DNA of 64,000 bases, from contig CAVVMW010000004.1 in NCBI GenBank assembly GCA_963749495.1, positions 416,001 to 480,000 of the forward strand, given 5' to 3'. Under the pieces are notes generated by a model. It searched no databases and was not told the origin of the DNA. It saw nothing but the letters and a program-made list of their open reading frames with translations. How positions within the stretch are numbered: position 1 is the first letter of the stretch; every line of letters starts with the position of its first letter. This stretch comes from an uncultured bacterium. GTDB taxonomy: Bacteria > Verrucomicrobiota > Verrucomicrobiia > Limisphaerales > UBA8199. The position numbers and the translations under genes were made by a program. Shown piece by piece: positions 32,664-43,770 of the stretch.

Positions 32664-33575
32664 CTACCACCATGATTTTGTGCCGTCTTTTCGGCTGGAC
32701 ACGCGGGCCGCCAGCCAATCGGAGTCCGAATTGTAAGGCGTGGGGACGTTCGAGACGTTGTTGGTGTAATGGATCGGCGGTTTGGTGCGCGGATCAAGCC
32801 ACCTGTGAATCTCCGAATGGCCATCCGCAAAGGATAAGCTGCCACTTCCGTTGTGGTAGCTGGCCGGAATGTCAATGAGTCTGGCCTGAGCCCGCTGATC
32901 GGGGTCGTGCATTTGAAACGCCCACCCCGCATCGTTGATGCTGTCGGGATGCTCATCCAACAGCGCCAAGAGGTTCGCCGGCGCCGGCCTGACGATGTTG
33001 CTTTCCTTCTGGAAAACAATATACGTCGAAGGCGGCAGCCAATTGGCGGTCGATCCGGAGCCAATCGCTTGGTTCATGGAGAGGCTGCGCACCCTCGGAT
33101 AGACGCGTCCGCCCATTGTGACGCTGCTTCGGTCTGCTGGGCACTTATAGACCAGGGGCGAGGTGATGTACCTGCCAAACAAGGCCGTTTCGCCATCGAA
33201 CGTGCCGATCAACGCCAAGATATTTGTGTTGTCGGTGTTCGCGCCATTAAAGTCCAGCCAGCCGTGAATCCAGCCGCCCGTGTCCGCACGGTAGCGCGCC
33301 AGCCCATTGAACGCCGCGTTGCGCACCAGCTTGCCAGCGTTGTCGTCAGGGTACATTCTCCAGGCAAACATCACCTGCCGGATGTTGTTCAGGCAGGCGG
33401 TCCCTTGCCCCTTAGCCTTGGCCGTGTTAAGGGCCGGCAAGACCAGGCTTGCCAGGATGGCGATGATGGCGATGACGACCAGAAGTTCGATGAGGGTGAA
33501 TGCTGGACTGCCGCTGGACATGCCGGCAGGTCCAAGACCCTGAGCCAACTTCATCTTGCGTGCAGGCCCTCTCAT
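32664..33575 (-). CDS. Prepilin-type N-terminal cleavage/methylation protein with H-X9-DG motif
   Basis: AFTLIELLVVIAIIAILASLVLPAL, CLNNIRQ, YKCPAD, DEHPDSINDA, PASYHNGSGSLSFADGHSEIHRW. Confidence 0.93.
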   Translation of the reverse strand: MRGPARKMKLAQGLGPAGMSSGSPAFTLIELLVVIAIIAILASLVLPALNTAKAKGQGTACLNNIRQVMFAWRMYPDDNAGKLVRNAAFNGLARYRADTGGWIHGWLDFNGANTDNTNILALIGTFDGETALFGRYITSPLVYKCPADRSSVTMGGRVYPRVRSLSMNQAIGSGSTANWLPPSTYIVFQKESNIVRPAPANLLALLDEHPDSINDAGWAFQMHDPDQRAQARLIDIPASYHNGSGSLSFADGHSEIHRWLDPRTKPPIHYTNNVSNVPTPYNSDSDWLAARVSSRKDGTKSWW

Positions 33576-33648
33576 AATCCGTGCTTGGATAGAATGAACG
33601 CCTTGCCAGGCGCAAGGTCAAGGCGAAACCGATCGCCTGTAAGACACG

Positions 33649-34065
33649 TCATCGCAAGGAGTCCTCCGCGCCAAGAGTCCAGGCTGAGGGATGCGCCTTG
33701 AAGCCAATGCGCGGGTAATACTCAACGGCCTTGGGGGCAGCCAGCAGGATGATCGTCGCCTGACCTCCGGCTCGCTGGGTGCGCCGGATGAGTTCGCCTC
33801 CGAGACCCCGTCGCTGGTGCGAGAGGCGCACCGCGAGGTCGGAAAGATACGTGCAATAAGCGAAATCGCTCAAGCTGCGCGCGATGCCAACCAAAAGCCC
33901 GCCTTCCCAGGCAGAAATCACCAGGTTGGCATGGCGCAACATCTCACGCATGCGCTCCCTGTCGTCCACGGGCCGTCGTTCGCCCAGAGTTGAGGCCCGA
34001 TAGAGTTCCACCACCGCGTCAAGGTCCAGGTCGTTGCCGATACGATAACTAATCCTCCGCGTCAT
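33649..34065 (-). CDS. GNAT family N-acetyltransferase
   Basis: LVGIARSLSDF, YLSDLAV, HQRRGLG, YYPRIGF. Confidence 0.9.
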   Translation of the reverse strand: MTRRISYRIGNDLDLDAVVELYRASTLGERRPVDDRERMREMLRHANLVISAWEGGLLVGIARSLSDFAYCTYLSDLAVRLSHQRRGLGGELIRRTQRAGGQATIILLAAPKAVEYYPRIGFKAHPSAWTLGAEDSLR

Positions 34066-34143
34066 AGTTGGGAGAGCCTGCCTGAACGGTGGGCGGCCGT
34101 CACGCCGGAAATGGGCTGGACCTTTGGACGTTTGGACGCCAAA

Positions 34144-34345
34144 GGGCCATTGACAAAGTTGTAGCGCAGGTTTCCAAACCTGCTGTATCGCCGATTTCCA
34201 AATCGGCAGGGCGTTAACATATCGAGCGCGCCCGGTTTGCGGACGGCCTGCGGGTTTGGAAACCCGCGACACAGCAGACTTGGAAGTCTGCGCTACGCTG
34301 GCGCCCACGACGCACAGGCGCACCGAGCGACTTTGTCAATAGCCC
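34144..34345. mobile_element. Second copy of the ~200 bp MITE-like element
   Basis: Inverted near-copy of 18271-18471; TTGGACGCCAA occurs on both flanks (putative target-site duplication). Confidence 0.75.
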
Positions 34346-34519
34346 TCTTGGACGCCAAAGGCGTCGTTCATACCAGCCCAGGGCAACGCCCTGGGAACAG
34401 CCGCCAATAATCATCTGGAGCGCTGAAAGCGCGATTCATCCTTGCTGGTATGAGTCAGGCCGTTGGCCTGAATCAATTGGCAATGGTGAATAGCCCGCCG
34501 GGGAATTCGTCCACTGGAT

Positions 34520-37502
34520 GTGACCAAACTCGCAATGCTTCACTCGCGCCGGGATTTTGTTCGCCGCCTGGCGGGCCTCGGCGTCACCTGTTGCGTCCTG
34601 CCGCCGGGCCGAGGCATCTTCGGGGCCGAGACGCGCCAACTCCCGGAGGCGGCGTTGACGTTTCCCGGTCCCTGGCGGTTCATGGTTCCCAAGTCCGCGA
34701 TCATCCTGGTCAGCGACCAGCAACTGGAAGATTTGCAAGACCCGGACAAGGAGGCCGACTTGAGCGTGAGCAGCGCTCCAAACCTCACTTCCTTGCGCAA
34801 GCTCTGCGAGCAAGCCAAGGCCCAGGGCGCCCGCACCGTCATTCTGGCGTTCGATGAATTCTGGTCGCAATACCGAAAGGGCCAGGGCGGGAAGCCGCGG
34901 CGGTTATTGCCCGATACCGAGGCTTACATCCAGCGCCTCGAGAAGATCAGCCAGACGCTCAAGCAGTACGGTCTGGGGTTGGAACTGAGCTTGTTGAGTC
35001 CTCTCGAGATAGGGCGCGGCTACCGGCAACAGACGGGCGAGACGGGCCGTTGGGTGCAATACCGCGAAGGCTATCGCGACCCGGCAACCGGACGCTTTGT
35101 CGTTTCGCTTTGGGAGCAGCGCCGCTGGACAAACAACAAGGGGACAATCGAGCTGGAGCGGACGGGCGCGCGGGTGTTCGCGTTTCGTGAGCGCCGGCTG
35201 GGCGGATCGGATTTCTACCGGGTGGACCCGGGGGCAATACAGGAATTGAAATCCAGCCCGCAAATCGACCTGGATGAGTCGGCCCAGGCCAGCACGGGCG
35301 CCCGCCGCCTGACGGTGCGCGGCCAGGGAGAAACCTCTGTGGGCGCGCTGGATCGCGTCCTGGTCGTGGTCAGTTACGCAACCCCGGAAATGGACTACTT
35401 CAGCCCTCAGGCGCGGCCGTTCCTCGAGGGCCTGGTGGACCGCTACCACTCCGCCGGCGTCCCGCTCAACGGCCTCTATGCCGACGAAATGCACATCCAG
35501 CAGGATTGGGGATACGGCAGCCACCATGACGAGGGCCAGTTGACCTTCCGCTACCTGACCGCGCACATGGCCGCCAGGTTCGCCGAGCTTTACGGACGAG
35601 AGTTCGAGGATTTCGAGAAGTACCTCGTTTATTTCGCCTACGGGCAGCACGGGTTCTTGCCGACGCTCGAGGCGCGGGTGGCCGCGCAGCACGTCCTGGG
35701 CGAGGGAGTCGAGGGGATTCAGAAAACCTTTCTGCTCCGGCGCCGCTACTTCGAGCTGCTGGATGAGACGGTTGTGGCTCTGTTCGCCGGGGCCAAAGAG
35801 TTCGCCGAGAAAAAGTACGGGCACGAACTGGAGGCGCGCGCTCACGCAACTTGGGCCGAGAGCCCAACCTGCGACTTCTGGCAAAGCCGGGAGTTGCCCG
35901 CAAACCCGCGCAAGTACGAGTACACCCCCGATTTCCTATGGTCCAACACCGTGCACCAGGCCGCGTCCGCCTGCGATGATTACTTCGCCTGGAATGATTT
36001 CCTCACCGGCGGCGGCAATGACCATGCCGAGGGCGGGTGGTCGGATCGGGATTATTACGGAATCGCCCTCGCTTGTTCCACCGGCATCCTCAACCGCACC
36101 CCTTATGCCTACGCGGCGGCCTGGGGAATGCCGGACGAGGTATTGCGCCGCCACCAGGCCGTCTGCGACGCGTTTGGGGCTTCGGCCAATCCCTGGTTCC
36201 AGGCGGTGCAGGATTCCCAGCACCGCGACACGGACGTGCTCATGCTGTATCCGCTCTCACTGGTTGCCTGTGAGGAGCGATTCGGCTCCTGGATGGTTCA
36301 GTACGGATACGCCAATTACGTCACCCCGCGAAAGTTGCTCGAGCGGGGCCGAGTGACATCCGATGGCCGGATCGAGATGGCCGGACGCAAGTTCGGCGCG
36401 CTGGCTGTCCTTTTCGAGCCGTTGCCGCCACCGGGCTTGTTGGGCTTTCTCGAGGAGTTTGCCGGCAAAGGCGGCAAGGTCATTTGGTCCGGTCCCCCTC
36501 CGCGATTGGACCTTTCCGGCCAGCCGGCACTGGGCAGGTGGCAGCGGCTTTTCGCCGTGAAGGCGCTGCGGTTCGGCCTCGAGGGTCAGATCGCCGACGG
36601 TTGGAACGTCCAGTTTTCGGGCAGGCTCGCCGAGGTGCCTCCGCAAACGATTCTCACAGACTTCCTGGTGGACCTCATCTACCCGGTAGAGCCGGACGCC
36701 GAGGCCGAGACCGTCGCCCGCGTGGGGACGCATATCGTGGGCATTCATCGGCCCCTGGGCGGGAACGGGAGCGCGACCTTTCTTGGGTTCCGCCCGCGCG
36801 ATGACCAATCCGCCTCCCTGGGCGCGGAGGTCCGGACCTGGTTCGAGATTCTGCGCGCGCTAGGCGCCTACCCCGGCAGTGGCCCCGGCATCGCCGGCAA
36901 CGATAACCCAAGCGTCGTTTCTCGCACGACCCCCTGCGTGGCCTGCCGATTTCCCAACGGCGCCACCGCCCTCGCGGCGCACTATCGCTCCCACCAGGAG
37001 AGCTGGCCGGGCGGATTCCATCGCGACCCGAAGCAGGACCGGGAACTCCTGGCCAGGAACCCCTTGCCGCCGGCCACGCTGGCCCTTCGCGATTTTCGGG
37101 TCAATGGACATCGCATCACTTTTGATGGCGAGTTGGCGATGGCATTTCGCACCGATGACTCGGGCTCGCTGGTTGCCTTTGCCGGACACGGTTGCCGGAA
37201 TATCATTGTCGATGGGCGCGAGCTAGTGTTCGCCAGCAGGCCCGTTTCCCTCGTCGCGTGGGCGCCCGTGCTGCCCCAACGACGAGTCCCCGGCGGGGCC
37301 ATCCTCGAAATTTGGAGCCAGGGCGAGGCGGACATCAGCCTGCCGCTGCCCAGCGGGACGGAGCGCGGCCATCTCTACTTCCAGGGAGCGAGGCTCGACG
37401 CCTTCGGGGAGAAGCTCGACGTGCGATTGCTCCGGCGGCCTTCTGCGGTTCAAGTCCCGGAATGATTGGCCGCGGAACCATCTGTTTTTTGTCGGCAGGT
37501 AG
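34520..37502 (+). CDS. Large Tat-exported protein of unknown function (possibly carbohydrate-active); frameshift near 37420
   Basis: SRRDFVRR Tat motif; ~990 aa. The duplicate 3' end at 49434-49772 lacks one C and gives the probable true C-terminus (KLECDCSGGLLRFKSRNDWPRNHLFFVG). Confidence 0.8.
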
Positions 37503-37554
37503 GACCAAGCCGCGCGTTGCCCGGCGGAAAGGTTCAGGTCCGTCCTCATCTCCT
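37163..37554 (+). repeat. Left copy of ~390 bp direct repeat (3' end of the 34520 gene)
   Basis: Aligns to 49434-49824 with about a dozen substitutions and one indel. Confidence 0.95.
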
Positions 37555-37731
37555 GGGTGATCGGGGCAGAGGCCCGCGAGGCGCTGTTGGTCAACTTCAA
37601 CAACCTGTTGTTTTTCGCGGAGAAAGAATTGAGCAGCCTGGAGAAGCATTTCAAGGATCTGCTCCAGGATTCCCTTGATCGCCGCGGCAGCCAGAGCTGA
37701 AAAGGCCGATCAGCCTCCTCCGTCAATCGGC

Positions 37732-38547
37732 TCAATTTGGCAGGTCCCACAGCAGCCAATCGTCATCGCGAAGGAAGCGTTTGGAGCGATCATCCCACTT
37801 ACGTGGAATCTGTCTGGAAAGCCGTTCCAGGAATGGAAGGAGCGGGTTCTCTAACTTCCTGGATGCCTCCAAGGAATCCAGAGGGCTCTGTCTCCAACCA
37901 AAGCGCTCTTGGTAATATCGAAACCCAAAGCCGTCAAAGAAGTGCTCCCCGCCGATCAGGGGCAAATACCAGAGGCTGGGGACGCCCTTGGGATTGGGTT
38001 TGATGGGGACTTCGGCCGCCAATTGGTCCAGCAATTTCGTTCCGACTGGATCGTCCCGCAGGTGATCCCGAAGCTCGGCCAGCGCCGGAAATGTCACAGG
38101 CGGGCTCACAAAGAGAACGGGCTTGTGCTGCAGCCGGCAAAGGATAATTTCGTGGGGGGTGCCGACGCTATAGATATTGGTGGGACAATAGGCGATCACG
38201 AAATCGGACGTATCCACCATTCGCAGGTCGATATGCAAAGTCTCCCAAAACTTGCCGCAACAGCGGGCCCGGGCCGCGGCGCCCTTGGCGCCGCGCCGGA
38301 AAGTCCACTTCTCACGGATATTCTGGGTTTCGATGCCCTCCCGGCCATATTCGTGAAGTCCCCTAACCTGGGGTTTTGACCAGGGGTCAAAAACAATCAC
38401 CCCGTAAGCGGCCAAGAACTCGCCGGCGCGATTTCGCCACCCGTTCTTCAGTTCGTCGGCCCTCGACGCGACGAAGTCCATCGGGCCCGAGAGATAAACG
38501 CGCGTACCGTGCAGGTGATTCCGATTCATTTGAGATTGCTTGCGCAT
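37732..38547 (-). CDS. Nucleoside 2-deoxyribosyltransferase (NDT)-like protein
   Basis: VYLSGPMD, GWR, VFDPW, DLRMVDTSDFVIAY, SVGTPHEI follow the NDT/Rcl-fold pattern, including the nucleophile Glu. Confidence 0.7.
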   Translation of the reverse strand: MRKQSQMNRNHLHGTRVYLSGPMDFVASRADELKNGWRNRAGEFLAAYGVIVFDPWSKPQVRGLHEYGREGIETQNIREKWTFRRGAKGAAARARCCGKFWETLHIDLRMVDTSDFVIAYCPTNIYSVGTPHEIILCRLQHKPVLFVSPPVTFPALAELRDHLRDDPVGTKLLDQLAAEVPIKPNPKGVPSLWYLPLIGGEHFFDGFGFRYYQERFGWRQSPLDSLEASRKLENPLLPFLERLSRQIPRKWDDRSKRFLRDDDWLLWDLPN

Positions 38548-38898
38548 CCCTGGAAACTGCCAAAAGCCCGGCTCGAAATCGAGCTGCAAACCCCCTCAGG
38601 CAGCAAGCGGATCGCAGTAAATGTGCGAGACCAGGGCCAAATCCGTTTTGACTTTTGTTTGGCGAATATGAGAAGCTCCCGTCATGTGAGCACCCAATGA
38701 CGATTGCTCATGCAAGACCACGGGACCTCGACTCCCCGCCGGCACTCCGGCAGGACCGGTCCTCAACAATAGTAATTATGCTGAGTGGATCCGCTGTCCA
38801 AAGCCAATTCGGTGTCGTTTTGACGGACCCGATCGGCTGGGAGGCCGTGCCCGCACTGGCTTAGCAATCATGAAACAGGGCCGAGAGGCAATGGTCCC

Positions 38899-40770
38899 AT
38901 GAACAGCAAGGCGCAATCCACGGTCAGAGCAATTAAAACGGAGTTGGAACGGCTCAAGCGGAAACGAAACCCGTCCGCCACCGACCATCGTGCGCGATTC
39001 GCGCTCTACCGCGAACTGATCCACCTTTTCGAGGACGCTGTCGCCGCCGCGAACTTCCAACGCGAGAGTCTCGGCTCCGGCCTCCGTCCCTGGGAGGCGC
39101 CGATCAGGGAGGCGCTGGCCGCACTTGGCGGGAGTGCGGAGCCTGGCGCCACGTCGCTCCGCGAGTACGACAGCGAGATCCACGGCCCTTATCTTGGTGT
39201 GAGCGATGAGGGCAAGGCCGCACGCCAGTTTCGAGAAGCCATTTTGGCTTCGCCGAAAGCCCAGGTGCTTGGCCCACAGGCACCGCTGGTTCTGGGTGCC
39301 GCGCTTGATGCCGAACGCCTGGCGGCAGTAGGCGAGGTCGCGGTCGGCCCTGATGAATATCGCGACATCTGGCTGGCCTGCCAAGGCAGTGTGCTCATGA
39401 CGACGAATGTGGGCACGCGGCTCAATTTGCGTTTTTACGCCATTCGTCCGGTCCTCGAAATCCAGCGGGGTAGCGTCACGTTCATGATGGAAACCGCCGC
39501 CCAGCGGCTGCCGCAATTGTTCGCACCATTTTGGCGGACGCTGGACGGCCAGCCACGGCCGGTGACGGTGTTCGCAACCTTCGACGGCGGCGTTTCTTAC
39601 GACAACCGCTTCCGTTTGCTTCGCGACCTCAATCGGCGCGTGCTCTCGGGTGACTTCTGTGAGCCCAAGCTCCACAAGCTTGGTCTGCTCGTAACCGTTG
39701 GCCCAGGCTCACCAGGAGTTCGCGCTGCCTGCCGGCACATGGGTATGGCCCATGCAGCCGGCTTGGACGAGGTCGCCGTGCGCGGCCACGTCGGATTCGA
39801 CTCGGATGACCACGTTTCGATGCCCGGATTGTTGAACTATTTCAGCGCATCGGCAGTGCGCACGTTGATCTGCACTGCCCGGAAAAAGGGCATAATTCTC
39901 ACCCCGAAAAACATTGTCGACCCGCATACCGTTGCGCGACACGTGTGGCCCGCATTGCAGATTGCTCGTAATCTTGGGTTGGCCCTCGGCAAGTACGGCC
40001 TCTTTCCTTTGACCTTGGAGGAAGCCGACATCGTTATGGGGCTGGTGCAATCGTGGTTTGGTGATTGGTCGGCAGCGCCGGTGTATTACGTGGATCTTCC
40101 GCTCGTCACGCGAGACCAGGTTTATGGGGAAGACGAACTCGAAAAGGGGATGAAGCGCTGGTTGGATATCGTCGCAAAGCACCGCATCCCCGTTGTTCTT
40201 TTTGATACCGCAGAGAAGGCGAAGGGCCGCCGTCTCATGAAAAGCACCCCCGGTGATTCTGCAGGAATGCTGCACGGGAATCACATTGAAGAAATCGGTC
40301 GATATGCTGCCCGCCGCGGTATCAAGGCGCTTTGGGCCGGCGGCATTGATCTGCGCCAGACTCTGCTGCTCGGACGCCTTCGCGTCTTCGGGATCTACGT
40401 CACCACCGCCGCGGCGCGTGAGAGGCCAGTCGGTCCCTCGGCCCAGAGTGATCCCTCGTTGGCCACCGCACGGCGGGTCACTTACACGGGTGTTCGGAAC
40501 ACCAAGCTCTTGCTCGAGGCGGGCTTCCTCATCGTTTGTCTCCGTGAGCTCGGGCGGAATGATCTGGCGGCGCCGTTGGAAAGTGCTGCGCTCACGTTTC
40601 TCAACGAAGCCGAGACTCATCCCGAGAAACGCCCTTCAACCTGTGCATTCCGGAATCTACACCGCTTGGAAATGGATGCCTGGCGGGCACACTACGCCGC
40701 GACGTGCCCCATCGTCCGTACCAGTCCACCAGATGACCACAAACCGGTTTGTCCGCGCAAAACCCTATGA
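38899..40770 (+). CDS. Hypothetical 623 aa protein; C-terminal half looks like a TIM barrel
   Basis: Alternating beta/alpha text with GKYGLFP, VLFDTAEK, LWAGGI (phosphate-binding-like), GIYVTT; ATGA overlap with the next gene. Confidence 0.7.
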   Translation: MNSKAQSTVRAIKTELERLKRKRNPSATDHRARFALYRELIHLFEDAVAAANFQRESLGSGLRPWEAPIREALAALGGSAEPGATSLREYDSEIHGPYLGVSDEGKAARQFREAILASPKAQVLGPQAPLVLGAALDAERLAAVGEVAVGPDEYRDIWLACQGSVLMTTNVGTRLNLRFYAIRPVLEIQRGSVTFMMETAAQRLPQLFAPFWRTLDGQPRPVTVFATFDGGVSYDNRFRLLRDLNRRVLSGDFCEPKLHKLGLLVTVGPGSPGVRAACRHMGMAHAAGLDEVAVRGHVGFDSDDHVSMPGLLNYFSASAVRTLICTARKKGIILTPKNIVDPHTVARHVWPALQIARNLGLALGKYGLFPLTLEEADIVMGLVQSWFGDWSAAPVYYVDLPLVTRDQVYGEDELEKGMKRWLDIVAKHRIPVVLFDTAEKAKGRRLMKSTPGDSAGMLHGNHIEEIGRYAARRGIKALWAGGIDLRQTLLLGRLRVFGIYVTTAAARERPVGPSAQSDPSLATARRVTYTGVRNTKLLLEAGFLIVCLRELGRNDLAAPLESAALTFLNEAETHPEKRPSTCAFRNLHRLEMDAWRAHYAATCPIVRTSPPDDHKPVCPRKTL

Positions 40771-42952
40771 AAGCTCATTTTCCGCCCAAGAAAGACTTCA
40801 CCGCCCTCTCGATCAAGGACCTCGTGGAAGCACGCGATGCTTACCATGTTCATCTGGCCAACCTGGAAAATGTGATCGCCACTGCAATCGGCAGGTACAG
40901 GATTCGTCTGGATGACCCCGATGCCATGGATGCGGAGAAGGTCCGCAAGGATCGGAAGTCTCCGCCTCGGACCCTGCAGAACAGCGTAGTGAAAGCTTGG
41001 TCTTGGCCGTGCGTCCTGGTTTTTGTTCGGGAGTGGTCTCTCCCCTCCGGCTTCACCGCAAGCCCGGACCAGTTCGTGCCTAACTGCCTGTATATGCCGG
41101 ACGCTCGGGTGGTCCCGACCTGCACTATTCTGGCCGAGGAGGCGACGCTGGCCGCGCCACTCCTGCAAAATCTGACATTCCCAAGCGAATTGATCGGCGG
41201 CGGCTATCCTGTTCTGACCGAAGTGCAGGGCAACATCCATGTTGGTTCCATCGGCTGCCTGGTCACCGACGGGGATTCAACCTACGCGCTCACGAATCGC
41301 CACGTGACAGGCGAGGCAGGAAGGAAGGTGTACTCAGTCATCCGCGGGCAGCGCACGGAAATGGGCTCATCCGACGAGAAGCAAATTGGCAAGAAGCCGT
41401 TTGCGGACGTTTATCGTGGGTGGCCAGGTACGCGAGCGGTCTCCAACCTGGACGTGGGCCTGATTCGTATCAGCGACCTCAATTGTTGGACAGCACAGGT
41501 CTTCGGAGTCGGGGAACTGGCGGGGTTGGTTGATCTTCACCCTAACAGCATTACCCTTGAGCTGATCGGCTGCCCGGTGAGAGGGTTTGGCTGTGCATCG
41601 GGCGAGATGCTCGGCGAGATACACGCCCTGTTTTACCGATACAAATCAGTTGGCGGGTACGACTACATCGCCAACGTCCTCATCGGTCCCCGCGGCGGGC
41701 AATCTCCCATGAAAACGCAACCGGGGGATTCCGGCACGCTTTGGTGCTTCGACCCCCAACTATCGAGAGCAGAGGCCAGAAAAGAAGGTCAGATTGGGAG
41801 CCGAGCGCGCCGCTATCGTCCCCTTGCTCTCCAATGGGGTGGTCATCAGCTAATGGTGCCGGGCGGCGAGGTTACGCTGGGATTTGCGCTGGGGACATTC
41901 GTCAGCACGGTTTGCCGGGAGCTTGATGTGGAGATAATCCGCGACTGGAATATCGGCCACAACGAGTATTGGGGAAAAACGGGGCACTACAAGATTGCCG
42001 CCGCGGCGTGCGCCCTCGCATCCGACCCTAAACTGAAGCTGCTTCTGCAAAACAATCTCGATCGTATTTCGTTCGACGACAACTCCATTCGCGCCGGCGA
42101 CCTTCGCAAAATCCACCCAGACCAATTTGTTCCGCTTGCGGACGTTCCGGACCTCGTTCTGGCGCGCGACGCGCAAAAAGGACGAAGGGAACCACTTTGC
42201 CGACATGGATGAGCCGGGAAAAGGGGAATTCGCAGGGAAGACCCTCTTGGACCTGTGTGAAAACCCGAACAACGTCAACGTTGACGTTTGGAACAAATTC
42301 TACGACTCCATTGGAGTGGGCTTCAAGCGTGGCGCCTTGCCGTTCCGCGTCTGGCAGATATATGACGCCATGGCGGCCTATGGAAAGGCGGGCAAGATAG
42401 CCGAATTCGTCTGCGCCGCAGGAATCCTGGCCCACTACGTTGGCGACGCCTGCCAACCCTTGCACGTCTCGCGCCTTCACCATGGCAGAAACGCGGCTGA
42501 AGCAAACGTGCATTCAGCGTATGAAACAACGATGTTGGACCAGTTCGCGCCCGAAATCATCGCTGGTGTGAATGTCGCCCTCAAGGGCACAAAAGCCAAG
42601 TCCGCTGTGAAGGCGGGCCACGAAGCGGCCGTTTCTGTCGTGCGCTTGATGCGGAACACGCTCGAGGGTCTGCCGCCGATGGATATCATCGCGGCACTCG
42701 ATGAAACGCAAGGCCAGGGGAGAACGCAGCACATGTGGGATGTTCTTGGTCCGCGAACCGTAAAGTGCGTGGCCGCGGGCTGTGTCACGCTCAGCCTCGC
42801 TATGGGAAAGCGCGTGGAAGGAAGGCCCAGCAAGCGGAATCAGCCAGACAAAGCTCAAACCAATTCAGCAAGACATTCTCAAGGAGCTTTACAATGACAG
42901 TACCTTCTTGCCAGCACTCCGGTTGTCTGAAATGCGCTTTGCCCAGGGCTAA
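40767..42952 (+). CDS. Trypsin-like (Nal1-like) serine protease fused to an S1/P1 nuclease / Zn-dependent phospholipase C-like domain; frameshifts near 42158 and 42793
   Basis: Protease triad text LTNRHV, LDVGLI, PGDSGTLW. Then YWGKTGH, LADVPD, NHFADMD, LAHYVGDACQPLH, VHSAYE and LWESAW (S1/P1 Zn ligands) after repairing two 1-bp insertions. Confidence 0.8.
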
Positions 42953-43223
42953 GCAGTGCAAGGGGTGGGCATCCACATGGCAAATGGCCGGGCTTGGCGA
43001 CTGCACCGTCTGGCTGTTCGATGCTTCGGCCAACCCCCGGACGGTGGGTGAAATGGCTCGGTATGCTGCTTCGACCAGTTCCAACCAGCCGGGCAGATTC
43101 CTGCTTTTGAGTCTGTCGCTTCGCCGGCCAACTCTCGCTGTCGAGCCACGCTCTTGTGGTCAGTCCACAGTTTTCGGGCTCTCCGTAAAGCTGATAACCG
43201 TCGCACAGCTCTGATATTGAGCA

Positions 43224-43770
43224 TCAGGACTTCGCAGGAAGAAAAATGTGGTTGCGGCTGACGCGCATTCCACCAGACGCACAAAGGAGGCGGAGAAGAG
43301 TCCTAAAGCGTCCTGCAGGCAAAGGTAGGCCTCTGGCGAGCACTGTTGCCGTGTACAACTCATCGGCCGTGGGCAAGATTACCTTTCTGCTGTGCAGCAT
43401 TCTCACGCTTTCGGCTTCTAGCTTTTCGACAGGGCAACCTGACCGCGAAAGCAGGCCGCCCACGCAACGCCGCATTACCGCGTCGTACCGCTTCGGATCG
43501 AGCGCTTCATTTCCGTCCTGTGTCGTGCGCCCGGAGTCTGGCTCGAAGAAGACCAAGCTCGACAGCAAGCCCGAGGGTGGTCGCAACGACAGCCTCCGAA
43601 CAATGTGCAGCGATGGACTTCTCCTTCGGGTCCCAGCGATGATAAACAAAGTTAGGCGGGCTTCGTCGGAGTACATCGCCTACCAACTCGTTCCTCGAGC
43701 GTGGCTGCTTTGCATTAGCTATGTCCAGCAGGCATTGAATCCTGGAATAATACGTAGCTTTAACTTCCAT
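43224..43770 (-). CDS. Hypothetical ~180 aa protein, possibly winged-helix; frameshift near 43545
   Basis: ORFs 43507..43770 and 43224..43676 join as LAVELGLLEPDSGRTTQDG; the start overlaps the upstream stop. Confidence 0.6.

Noticed and set aside
42121..42200. Programmed ribosomal frameshift between protease and nuclease
   Set aside because: The break lies inside the nuclease domain, has no slippery heptamer at the site, and resembles the other scattered 1-bp indels.
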